Assembly (NCBI GenBank): GCA_023703535.1
Contig: CP097967.1
Location: forward strand, 92,543-156,542
Length of the DNA stretch: 64,000 nucleotides
From: SAR86 cluster bacterium
GTDB taxonomy: Bacteria; Pseudomonadota; Gammaproteobacteria; Magnimaribacterales; TMED112
Direction of reading: 5' to 3'
Positions 33,716-42,136 of this stretch are shown here, in pieces (positions within the stretch are counted from its first letter, which is position 1; every line of letters begins with the position of its first letter). The notes under the pieces are model-generated. The model saw only the letters and a list, made by a program, of their open reading frames with translations, ran no database searches and was not told the origin of the DNA. The translations under genes and the position numbers were made by a program.

Positions 33716-35184
33716 ACATAAAACAGCGATATTTTGCCTTCAAGCTCCATAACATTATCTATACCAACTGAAATCTTGTCACCCAAACAAAAAGTATTAG
33801 CCCTTCGTTTACCTGATAATATTTTATCTCTTGCATTGTATTTATAGTTATCTTTTGGCAACTCAGTTATATGTAGAAGGCCTGAGGTATATAATTTTGG
33901 CATATCTACGAAAACTCCAAAGTCTTTTACGCCAGTTATAAAACCATCAAAAATTTGACCCCTAAAATTTGCAGCATAAGAGCACAACATGTTCTGTTGT
34001 ACTTGTTTAGATGCAAACTCTGATGATCTTTCACGTTCAGAGCAATGCATTAATAAATCGTCCAAATCCTCTATTTCACAATTAAGCTTATTTAATTTTG
34101 CAATTATCATGCGATGAACAATAAGGTCTGGATACCTTCTTATTGGAGAAGTAAAGTGTGTATATTTTTTATATTTCAAACCAAAGTGACCAATTTCTTT
34201 TGTTGAATATTCAGCTCTTTGCATAGACTGCAATACAACTGCGTTTAGAATGCTTTTATCACTTCTTTTTGAAAGATTTTTTATAAAAATATTGAGATTA
34301 TCAACATCTTCAATACTGCCCTCCCAATTAATATTTCTTCTTTTTAGAATCTGGCTAAGTCTATCAATTTTATAATTCTCAGGATAATCATGAACTCTGT
34401 ATATTCCTTGACTGTAATTTTTATTTAAAAAATCAGCTGCACAAATATTTGCAGAGAGCATAAATTCTTCGATTAATTTATGCGACATTAATCTTGTCCT
34501 ATTTTTTAATTCTTGAATTTTTCCTTCTCTATCAAAACTCATATAAGGCTCATCAAGTTCAAAGTCTAATGCACCTCTTTCTGCTCTACGCTCTAAAAGC
34601 TTTGACATTAAAATTTTTGCTGAATCGAGTGACTCCTTGTATTTTTCTCCATTGAGATTGATTTTATTTTCTAAAAAATCTTCAACTTTGTTGTAAGTGA
34701 GGCGTGCACAAGATTTAATTTCACTTCTGTGGAATGTATATTTTTCAATATTGCCTGCCTTATCAAAATTAATCTTAACTATTAAAGTTTTTCTTAAGAC
34801 TCCCTCTTTGAGCGAGCAAAGATCATTTGATAGTTTTTCTGGAAGCATAGGTAGAACTTTTCGAAACATATAAGTTGAAGTGGCCCTTGCTCTCGCCTCC
34901 ATGTCTATAGCCGAATTTTCTTTCACATAAAAAGATACATCTGCAATAGCAACATAGAGCTTAAATCCATCGGGAATTAACTTACAAAATATTGCATCGT
35001 CAAAATCCTTAGCATCCTCACCATCAATTGTTACAAAGGGCAATTCATTAAAGTCTTCCGAATTGACCTTTTCATCACTCAGAAGTTTTGATTCAGTCAA
35101 TACCTCCTGAGGCCAAATTTCTCTGAGAGAGTAGTCGTAAATGGCTTTATTGTGAAATTTTTGTAAATTATTTTCGTTTTTCAT
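33712..35184 (-). CDS. rnr: RNase R / RNB-family exoribonuclease (short: RNB + S1 only)
   Basis: TIDGEDAKDFDDA, LIEEFML, HFTSPIRRYPDL, C-terminal S1 (FGVFV...GLLH). Confidence 0.88.
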   Translation of the reverse strand: MKNENNLQKFHNKAIYDYSLREIWPQEVLTESKLLSDEKVNSEDFNELPFVTIDGEDAKDFDDAIFCKLIPDGFKLYVAIADVSFYVKENSAIDMEARARATSTYMFRKVLPMLPEKLSNDLCSLKEGVLRKTLIVKINFDKAGNIEKYTFHRSEIKSCARLTYNKVEDFLENKINLNGEKYKESLDSAKILMSKLLERRAERGALDFELDEPYMSFDREGKIQELKNRTRLMSHKLIEEFMLSANICAADFLNKNYSQGIYRVHDYPENYKIDRLSQILKRRNINWEGSIEDVDNLNIFIKNLSKRSDKSILNAVVLQSMQRAEYSTKEIGHFGLKYKKYTHFTSPIRRYPDLIVHRMIIAKLNKLNCEIEDLDDLLMHCSERERSSEFASKQVQQNMLCSYAANFRGQIFDGFITGVKDFGVFVDMPKLYTSGLLHITELPKDNYKYNARDKILSGKRRANTFCLGDKISVGIDNVMELEGKISLFYV

Positions 35185-35217
35185 TTTTTTTTAAAAACAA
35201 TCCTTAAATTAGCCATT

Positions 35218-35739
35218 ATGAATAAATTGATTTTTAGTTTATTTGTGGTCATTTTATTAACCAGCATCTTATTTGTTATGAATTTTAAAAAACCAATTTC
35301 AAATCTTTCACAAGATGATATCCCAAAAACTGTTGTTAAGCCCTATAAGCCAGATTTAAATTATCCAGATTTAGTGATCGAGGGTATTGAAAAAGCATTG
35401 AAGGAAAATAAGCAACCACTCATTATTTTTGGAGCAAATTGGTGCCCAGATTGCATTATTCTTCATCAAATTACACTTATTCCTCAAATGGCAAAATTTA
35501 TAAATGAAAACTTTGAGCTAATTTATGTAGATGTTGGGGATTATCGTGATGGCTCAGAACCAAAGAACAAGCAGATATTGCTTAATTACGGAATTGCTGA
35601 ATTGGAAGGAGTGCCAACAATAGTTGTTTTATCAAAAGATTTGAAAGTGCTAAATAAAGATAGTTCGACACAATGGCGCAATGCAAGAGAAAGACAGCCT
35701 TCTGAGTTTTACTTCTATCTAAATAACTTTCTAGGTTGA
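35218..35739 (+). CDS. Membrane-anchored thioredoxin-fold protein
   Basis: N-terminal TM, FGANWCPDC, GVPT cis-Pro loop. Confidence 0.85.
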   Translation: MNKLIFSLFVVILLTSILFVMNFKKPISNLSQDDIPKTVVKPYKPDLNYPDLVIEGIEKALKENKQPLIIFGANWCPDCIILHQITLIPQMAKFINENFELIYVDVGDYRDGSEPKNKQILLNYGIAELEGVPTIVVLSKDLKVLNKDSSTQWRNARERQPSEFYFYLNNFLG

Positions 35740-36150
35740 TTTAAAAATCTCATCATCACTTTTGAAAGATTTAAACTCTAAGGAGTTTCCGAAAGGATCT
35801 TGAAAAAACATTGTTTTTTGTTCGCCTGGTTTTCCCTCAAATCTCAAATAAGGCTCAATAACAAACTCAAGCTTACTTTCTTTAATTTTTTCAGAGAGCA
35901 AGTCAAAATCTTGCCAGTCAAGAATTACACCAAAATGTGGTATTGGAACCATCTTTCCATCAACTTCTTTACTTACTTTTTTTGGCACATCGCCAATATG
36001 GCAAACTAATTGGTGACCAAAAAAATTATAATCTACCCAATTTTCTGAAGAGCGACCCTCATTGAAACCAAGAAGATTTCCATAAAAGTTTTTTGCCTTT
36101 TCAATACAGTCTACGGGAATGGCTAGGTGAAATGGTCTAAGTTTTTGCAT
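35731..36150 (-). CDS. VOC / glyoxalase-dioxygenase family protein
   Basis: FHLAIPV, FFGHQLVCH, PHFG, DPFGNSLEFK. Confidence 0.9.
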   Translation of the reverse strand: MQKLRPFHLAIPVDCIEKAKNFYGNLLGFNEGRSSENWVDYNFFGHQLVCHIGDVPKKVSKEVDGKMVPIPHFGVILDWQDFDLLSEKIKESKLEFVIEPYLRFEGKPGEQKTMFFQDPFGNSLEFKSFKSDDEIFKST

Positions 36151-36388
36151 TATCTTTTATTCTTTGTTTTTTCTTCTCATATGTATCTTCCCATGATTTT
36201 CTAAAAGAGTCTGACATTCTACTTTTTATATCTTCAAGGTTAGAGTTTTTCCATGCATCTGTAGTTTCATCTTTTTTCCATTTAATTCTTTCATCTTTTG
36301 TACGCATACAACCTAGACATTTATTTTGAGAATCATACTGACAAATAGAAATACATGGCGAAACTATTTTGTTGAACTTTTTTTTCAT
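36137..36388 (-). CDS. DUF1289 family Cys-rich protein
   Basis: SPCISIC...CLGCMRTKDE..KW; likely start ATG 36388. Confidence 0.85.
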   Translation of the reverse strand: MKKKFNKIVSPCISICQYDSQNKCLGCMRTKDERIKWKKDETTDAWKNSNLEDIKSRMSDSFRKSWEDTYEKKKQRIKDNAKT

Positions 36389-36411
36389 TTTAGAAGTATT
36401 ATATTTTATTA

Positions 36412-37728
36412 ATGAAATACAGACTTTCAATTATTCTTTTTTTTCTAACATGCTCTTTATGGGCAGATGATTTAAGGAATGAAATGTCTGCATCATTAAA
36501 ATCTTTAATGCCTAAAGTAATTGAGTGGAGACATGATATTCATGAGTTTCCAGAACTATCAAACAGAGAATTTAGGACTTCAAAAAAAGTTGCAGATCAT
36601 TTAGAGAGTTTGGGAATTGAGATAGAGACAGGAATAGCATATACAGGTGTTGTTGGAATAATTAAAGGAGGAAAACCTGGACCAACAGTTGCACTTAGAG
36701 CTGACATGGATGCCTTACCTGTAGAGGAAAAGACTGGACTTCCCTATGCATCAAAAGTAAGAACAACTTATCTTGGAAACGATGTAGGTGTCATGCATGC
36801 ATGTGGTCATGATGCACATGTTGCAATTTTGATGGGGGCTGCAGAGTTTTTAGCAAAACATAAAGAGCAACTTGAAGGCAATATCATGCTTATCTTTCAA
36901 CCTGCTGAAGAAGGTCCACCTGAAGACGAAGGAGGTGGAGCTAAGATGATGCTTGAAGAGGGAATATTTGAAAGATATCAGCCTGAAGCAATTTTTGGCT
37001 TACATGTAACTAATATGCCTAATGGACTAATTGCTGTAAAGCCTGGACCAGCAATGGCAGCAGCATCTGCTTATAGAATTTCAATCAAAGGCAAACAAGC
37101 TCATGGCTCTGCTCCATGGGCGGGAATTGACCCAATAATGGCAACTGCAGAATTAATTCAGTCTTTAAATACAGTTGTAAGTCGAAGAATAAATATTATT
37201 AATAATCCTGCGGTTATTTCAGTTGGCATAGTCGAGGCAGGCACAAGAAATAATATTATTCCAGAAGATGCCATGATAATGGGAACCATTAGAACTTTTG
37301 ATCCAGAATTAAGAAGTGAAATCTACAGTGAAATTGAACAACTTGCAGAAGGTGTTGCAGTTGGAACTGGTACAACAATAAATGTCGAATTTGATGTAGG
37401 TGGCTTCTTTCCAGTTACTTATAATCAAGAAGATCTAGTCAAGAAATATTCATCAACTCTAAAAGAAGCTTCTAACGGAAAATTCATGATTTCTGATGTT
37501 CCGACTACAGGCGCAGAAGATTTTTCATATTTTTCCCAAGAAATACCTGGCATGTACTTTTATTTAGGTGTAAACAGACCAGGCAAGGGAGAGGCATCTG
37601 GCGAATTCAACAGAAGGTCTGATGTTGCAGGAAATCATTCACCTTATTTCATTGTTGATGATGAAGCATTAGACGAAGGCGTTAGAGCAATGAGTTTTCT
37701 TGCAATTGATTACCTTAAGAATAATTAA
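36412..37728 (+). CDS. Exported M20-family amidohydrolase/peptidase
   Basis: Signal peptide (SLWA), RADMDALP, MHACGHD, QPAEEG, HVT, AEDF, NHSP. Confidence 0.92.
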   Translation: MKYRLSIILFFLTCSLWADDLRNEMSASLKSLMPKVIEWRHDIHEFPELSNREFRTSKKVADHLESLGIEIETGIAYTGVVGIIKGGKPGPTVALRADMDALPVEEKTGLPYASKVRTTYLGNDVGVMHACGHDAHVAILMGAAEFLAKHKEQLEGNIMLIFQPAEEGPPEDEGGGAKMMLEEGIFERYQPEAIFGLHVTNMPNGLIAVKPGPAMAAASAYRISIKGKQAHGSAPWAGIDPIMATAELIQSLNTVVSRRINIINNPAVISVGIVEAGTRNNIIPEDAMIMGTIRTFDPELRSEIYSEIEQLAEGVAVGTGTTINVEFDVGGFFPVTYNQEDLVKKYSSTLKEASNGKFMISDVPTTGAEDFSYFSQEIPGMYFYLGVNRPGKGEASGEFNRRSDVAGNHSPYFIVDDEALDEGVRAMSFLAIDYLKNN

Positions 37729-38461
37729 GTAAAACATTATCTACAAAATTGAGCATTAATTTATGTGAATCTGGTGTTTCTACAAGAGAGTCTAAGACTT
37801 TATTAAATTCTTCTTCACCAGAAGTGTACTTTGCCTTATAGATTGCAAGTCTTTCAAAAACTGTAGCTCGATCTACTTCAGGATGAAATTGGAATGCCCA
37901 GAGTGGTTTATCTCTTAATTTAAAACTATGTAAACATTGTTGTGTGTATGCTAAAAGATCAAGATTTTCTGGTAAGTCATCTGCATATTGTTGATGAACC
38001 GAAAGAGCATAGAATCCTGATTTAACCCCTTTAAAAACAGGATCAATATTTGCTAAATTTGTTGTTTTAATAGGTATGCTTCCCATCTCATAATCAGCAT
38101 CTTTGCTTTTTATTACTCCATCAAAAGCTAGTACAGCTAATTGAAACCCAAAACATGAAGCAAAAGTTGGTATTGCATTTTCTCCAGCAAATTTTATTAG
38201 TCCTACAGAGTCTTTTATGAATGGATATATTTCAGGTTCAAGTACATTAGCTTCACTAGCTCCACCAACATACAAAGCATCATAACCATTCAATACATCT
38301 GTAGAAAAATTTGGCTTATCAAAAACATTAAGTATATCTATTTGGTTAAGTTCCAATTCACTGTATTTTGCGAAGCTTTCATGCTCTTCTTTGCGCACTT
38401 TCTGATCATCCCTTATCTGTAAAAGGAGTATTTTTAATTGATCTCTTGTTTTATTAACCAT
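37715..38461 (-). CDS. Class I glutamine amidotransferase-like protein
   Basis: SCFGFQL nucleophile elbow and QFHPE (Cys-His-Glu triad). Confidence 0.88.
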   Translation of the reverse strand: MVNKTRDQLKILLLQIRDDQKVRKEEHESFAKYSELELNQIDILNVFDKPNFSTDVLNGYDALYVGGASEANVLEPEIYPFIKDSVGLIKFAGENAIPTFASCFGFQLAVLAFDGVIKSKDADYEMGSIPIKTTNLANIDPVFKGVKSGFYALSVHQQYADDLPENLDLLAYTQQCLHSFKLRDKPLWAFQFHPEVDRATVFERLAIYKAKYTSGEEEFNKVLDSLVETPDSHKLMLNFVDNVLLNYS

Positions 38462-38504
38462 TTCGCAAATTTATTTTTTACCATAAATGATATAGAATAC
38501 AACT

Positions 38505-38672
38505 ATGATTCAATACTTAATCGTGGGGGCGCTTGGGTTAATATCTCTCACAACAATGTGCTTGTTCCTTTTAGTTAAAGAAGGAACTAAAGGTATTAAA
38601 TCAAAACCATACAAAACTAAAAGTGGAATTGTTCATACCGCTGAAAAATTTCGAGAAAATCATTTAGTTTAA
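38505..38672 (+). CDS. 55-aa single-TM hypothetical protein
   Basis: Below track cutoff: MIQYLIVGALGLISLTTMCLFLLVKEGTKGIKSKPYKTKSGIVHTAEKFRENHLV; stop is 9 nt before the S10 peptidase. Confidence 0.6.
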   Translation: MIQYLIVGALGLISLTTMCLFLLVKEGTKGIKSKPYKTKSGIVHTAEKFRENHLV

Positions 38673-38681
38673 ATTTACATA

Positions 38682-40127
38682 ATGAGAGCCATTCTTTTTT
38701 TACTTTTAACCTCTTATGTATTTGCAGAGAGTAATTTTGATTTTTCAAAAAAATTTTCGGGCACTTTCAATGGGAAAAAGCTGGAATACACTGCAAAAGT
38801 TTATGAAAAAGTAATTTTTGAACGAGATGACTCAACAAAACCTTTAGCTTCTTTTGTCGTCACTGAATACAGTGTTGATAATCAAAAAAATAGACCAGTC
38901 ATGTTTAGTTTTAATGGAGGTCCTGGATCTGCATCATTGTGGTTGCATATGGGAGTTTTAGGTCCAAAAGTGGTGAAAGTTCCAAGCGACGCAGGTGATG
39001 ATGGTTCTCCTCCATATAATTTAACAAACAACAAATTATCGCCCTTAGATAAAGCTGATTTAGTTTTCATTGATCCAATTGGGACTGGCTATAGCAGACC
39101 ATTGGGTGAACATGAAGGAAAAGAATTTTGGGGAGTAAAACAAGATGCCGTAGTAATAGCAGAGTTTATTCGAAGATGGATTAACGACAATAAAAGATGG
39201 AATTCTCCAAGATATATTTTAGGTGAGAGTTATGGTGGAATAAGAGGACCATTATTGGTATCAGAGTTGAGAAGTGGCGTTTTAACAAACATCGAAGTCA
39301 ACGGCCTTCTCTTAGTTTCACCTGCTGCTGATATGCAATATATAAGATTTGCTCCAGGAAACAATTCCCCACATTATGGCTATCTTCCAACTTATGCAGT
39401 AACTGCCTATTATCATGGAAAGGTAGATACAGATTTGACTTTGCTCGAATTTTACGAAAACTCAAAAAAATTTAGTCTAGAAAAATATGGTCCAGCTTTA
39501 TTAAAAGGTACAAGAATTTCTCAAGAAGAATACGACGAAATAGTTAAAGAATATTCTTTTTATACTGGTTTAAGTGAAGAGTTTGTTAGGAATTCAGATT
39601 TAAGAGTTGAAGCGTCTGATTTTAGAAAAGAGTTATTACGTGATGAGGGTTTTTCTGTTGGAAGAGCAGACTCAAGATACAAAATGAAAGATTATGTAGC
39701 TGCTGGTCAGTATCCTGATACGGATGCTTCAATGGAGGGTTTCTCTTCTGCATATGTATCTGCATTACATACATGGTTTTCTGAGATTGGTGTTGAAACT
39801 GTGATGCTGTACCAGAGTAGTGATAGAGATTTATATAATAACTGGGATTGGAACTCCACCCAAGATCAAAAATGGCCTAGATATGTAAACCCAACACCAC
39901 ATATTGGTTATGCTCAACGTGGAAATGAAGAATTTAAAGTTTACGTTTCTTGTGGAATTTATGATTTAGCTACACCTTGTTTTACTGCTGAAAATTTTCT
40001 TTATGACAATGGGGTCGATATGGAAAGAGTTATTTTTTCTGAATTTGAAGCAGGACATATGATGTACAATCATCAACCTTCATTTGATCGTTTTTTAAAG
40101 GAAGTAAATAATTTCTTAAAAGAATAA
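38682..40127 (+). CDS. Exported S10-family serine carboxypeptidase
   Basis: Signal peptide (YVFA), FNGGPGSAS, IDPIGTGYS, GESYGG (catalytic Ser), YDLATP, AGHMMY. Confidence 0.92.
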   Translation: MRAILFLLLTSYVFAESNFDFSKKFSGTFNGKKLEYTAKVYEKVIFERDDSTKPLASFVVTEYSVDNQKNRPVMFSFNGGPGSASLWLHMGVLGPKVVKVPSDAGDDGSPPYNLTNNKLSPLDKADLVFIDPIGTGYSRPLGEHEGKEFWGVKQDAVVIAEFIRRWINDNKRWNSPRYILGESYGGIRGPLLVSELRSGVLTNIEVNGLLLVSPAADMQYIRFAPGNNSPHYGYLPTYAVTAYYHGKVDTDLTLLEFYENSKKFSLEKYGPALLKGTRISQEEYDEIVKEYSFYTGLSEEFVRNSDLRVEASDFRKELLRDEGFSVGRADSRYKMKDYVAAGQYPDTDASMEGFSSAYVSALHTWFSEIGVETVMLYQSSDRDLYNNWDWNSTQDQKWPRYVNPTPHIGYAQRGNEEFKVYVSCGIYDLATPCFTAENFLYDNGVDMERVIFSEFEAGHMMYNHQPSFDRFLKEVNNFLKE

Positions 40128-40193
40128 GTCACAATTCTGCAAATTAATTCTATTTTTCTTCAAAGTTCTTATTAATTGTTTTAAATTGTAATT

Positions 40194-40937
40194 ATGAATA
40201 TTCAAAAGTTTTTTATTGGACTACTTGTAGTCACATTCTCGTTATCAATATTTGCAGATCATCACAAAGGTGATGGTATGAAAGACAAAGGAGCTAAAAA
40301 AGGGATGATTGCCAAGAAAATGGTTGAATCAGGTTATAAAGGTAAAGATCCATTTCTAAAGATGGTGAAAAAACATATGGCAGATGATGGATATCAATAC
40401 CCAAGTCGTTTTGTTGGTTTTGGATTCTATTATGACCCAAATGGAGACCAGCCTGATGTTGTAATTTCAACTGTTGAGGGAAGCTCAGCATCAGAGGCAA
40501 TGAAAGTTGGAGACGAAGTATTGTCAATTAATGGAGTTAAAGACTGGAGAAATACTGATCCAGAGGCAACAAAAGTTGGTGATGTATGGAATGTGAAAGT
40601 CAAAAGGGACGGCAAAGAAGTAGACCTTGAAATGGCAAGAACAGTCGTGCAGCCAAGAACTGATAAGGCCACTTTTGTGGAAAATATTGAAGGAGCTGAT
40701 GCAGAACAATGGGGATCAAGCTTGATCGAATACAGAATGATTGATGTTGCTGTAGGTAAAGAAGTAGCTTATGTACTTCATTGGAGAAAAGATTTAGATG
40801 AGGAGTCTGGAGTAGAAGCAGAAACCTATATTGTTACAAGAGTTGGATTTGATGAAAGTGGCAAAGTTAATTTTATTGGTGCTCTTTCAGAGGATGAACT
40901 TTTGTTAAGGCAGACTGGTTGGTCTATAACTAGATAA
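40194..40937 (+). CDS. Exported PDZ-domain protein (paralog 1)
   Basis: Signal peptide ending IFA-DHH, RFVGFGF, GSSA...VGDEVLSING PDZ pattern. Confidence 0.8.
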   Translation: MNIQKFFIGLLVVTFSLSIFADHHKGDGMKDKGAKKGMIAKKMVESGYKGKDPFLKMVKKHMADDGYQYPSRFVGFGFYYDPNGDQPDVVISTVEGSSASEAMKVGDEVLSINGVKDWRNTDPEATKVGDVWNVKVKRDGKEVDLEMARTVVQPRTDKATFVENIEGADAEQWGSSLIEYRMIDVAVGKEVAYVLHWRKDLDEESGVEAETYIVTRVGFDESGKVNFIGALSEDELLLRQTGWSITR

Positions 40938-40951
40938 TAAAATTCATTTCT

Positions 40952-40984
40952 TAAGGCGCTATTTTTATGGCGCCTTTTTTTCTT
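40952..40984 (+). terminator. Intrinsic terminator between the PDZ paralogs
   Basis: AAGGCGC...GCGCCTT stem followed by a T-run. Confidence 0.75.
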
Positions 40985-41017
40985 TTAAAAAAAATCATTT
41001 TGTTTTATGGTTTTAGG

Positions 41018-41767
41018 ATGGATATTAAAAAAATTATTGTTGGACTCTCAGTAGTCCTAATTTCGTTATCAATTTTTGCAGACCACCACAGAGGTGGAAT
41101 GAAGTCTATGGCAGCTGTAGCTGAAAGCTGGGTAAAAGCACAATATACCAGTAAAGAAAAAACATTAGCTATGGTTAAAAATCATATGGCTGAAGATGGA
41201 GTAAGTTTTTCTGGCAGATTTGTAGGTTTCGGTTTTAACTGGGATCCGCAAAATGAAGAAGGAATGATTGTTACAAGAGTAATTCCTGGTTCACCTTCAG
41301 AAGGAGTTTTAGAGGTAGGAGATAAATTTGTTTCTGTTAAAGGTGTAAAGGTTACTGAAGATAATATTAATACAGGGAAGCTTAGCTTTTCTGGATTACC
41401 TGGTGAGCCCGTTGATGCTGTTGTTATGAGAAATAATAAAAGGGTAAAAGTATCTGTAACTAGAGGAATTGTAAATCCAACTTGGTCCAAAGCTCAGGTA
41501 TTGGAAAATATTGAATCTGCAGATGCAGAGGAATGGGCAAGTAATTTAGTTGATTACCAAATTGGAGATGTAGTAGTAGATAGAGGAAAAAATATTGCAT
41601 ATGTCTGGCATTGGTCAAAATCTAAAGATGAAGTTTCTGGAAAGGAAGCAGAATCACATAACTTCACTAGAATGCGATTCAATGAAAATGGTATGGTACA
41701 AGGCTATTGGAGCTTATCTGAAGAAGAGCTAGTTTTAAGGCAAACTGGCTGGACAATTACTAGATAA
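41018..41767 (+). CDS. Exported PDZ-domain protein (paralog 2)
   Basis: Likely start ATG 41018; signal peptide ending IFA-DHH, RFVGFGF, PGSPS..VLEVGDKFVSVKG; same C-terminus LRQTGWxITR as paralog 1. Confidence 0.8.
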   Translation: MDIKKIIVGLSVVLISLSIFADHHRGGMKSMAAVAESWVKAQYTSKEKTLAMVKNHMAEDGVSFSGRFVGFGFNWDPQNEEGMIVTRVIPGSPSEGVLEVGDKFVSVKGVKVTEDNINTGKLSFSGLPGEPVDAVVMRNNKRVKVSVTRGIVNPTWSKAQVLENIESADAEEWASNLVDYQIGDVVVDRGKNIAYVWHWSKSKDEVSGKEAESHNFTRMRFNENGMVQGYWSLSEEELVLRQTGWTITR

Positions 41768-41996
41768 TTATGTAATATAAAAAATGTAGAAATAAGGATT
41801 GGAAACAAAACTTAGATCTGCAAAAAAGACACCAAGAAATTGGTGTCTTTTTTTTTGTGATGGCTTTAATTTTTTTTATAAATGTATAGACAATTATTAG
41901 AAGATTATGTAATATAGAAAATGTAGAAATAAGGTTTGGAAACAAAACTTAGATCTGCAAAAAAGACACCAAGAAATTGGTGTCTTTTTTTTTGTG
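41767..41996. repeat. 93-bp direct repeat x2 (41767-41859, 41904-41996), each holding a bidirectional terminator hairpin
   Basis: 91/93 identical; A6-GACACC-8 nt-GGTGTC-T9 hairpins at 41822-41856 and 41959-41993. Confidence 0.92.
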
Positions 41997-41997
41997 T

Positions 41998-42073
41998 TGG
42001 AGCCACCTGTCAGAGTCGAACTGACGACCTACTGATTACAAATCAGTTGCTCTACCAGCTGAGCTAAGGTGGC
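41998..42073 (-). tRNA. tRNA-Thr(TGT)
   Basis: 76 nt, GCCACCT/AGGTGGC acceptor stem, ACTGA-TTTGTAA-TCAGT anticodon arm, encoded CCA. Confidence 0.97.
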
Positions 42074-42084
42074 TAGAAGACTGA

Positions 42085-42113
42085 ATTCTACAACATAATA
42101 TTTTCATAGTGAA
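42085..42113 (-). promoter_or_regulatory. Probable promoter of tRNA-Thr(TGT)
   Basis: Minus strand TTCACT-17 bp-TAGAAT. Confidence 0.55.
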
Positions 42114-42136
42114 GTTGACTTTAACTTTCTAGAATT

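Noticed and set aside
40294-41490. Antisense ORFs over the PDZ genes (40294, 40430, 40524, 41182)
   Set aside because: Shadows of the plus-strand genes, which have signal peptides and paralog-conserved motifs
41767-41996. Repeat pair as a CRISPR array
   Set aside because: Only two copies, 93 bp long, terminator-shaped, no cas genes; ORF 41760..41945 across it is also spurious
35218-42073. Accessory region as a prophage, ICE or defence island
   Set aside because: No integrase, transposase, phage, nuclease or toxin-antitoxin gene; I saw no second copy of the tRNA 3' end that would be an att site
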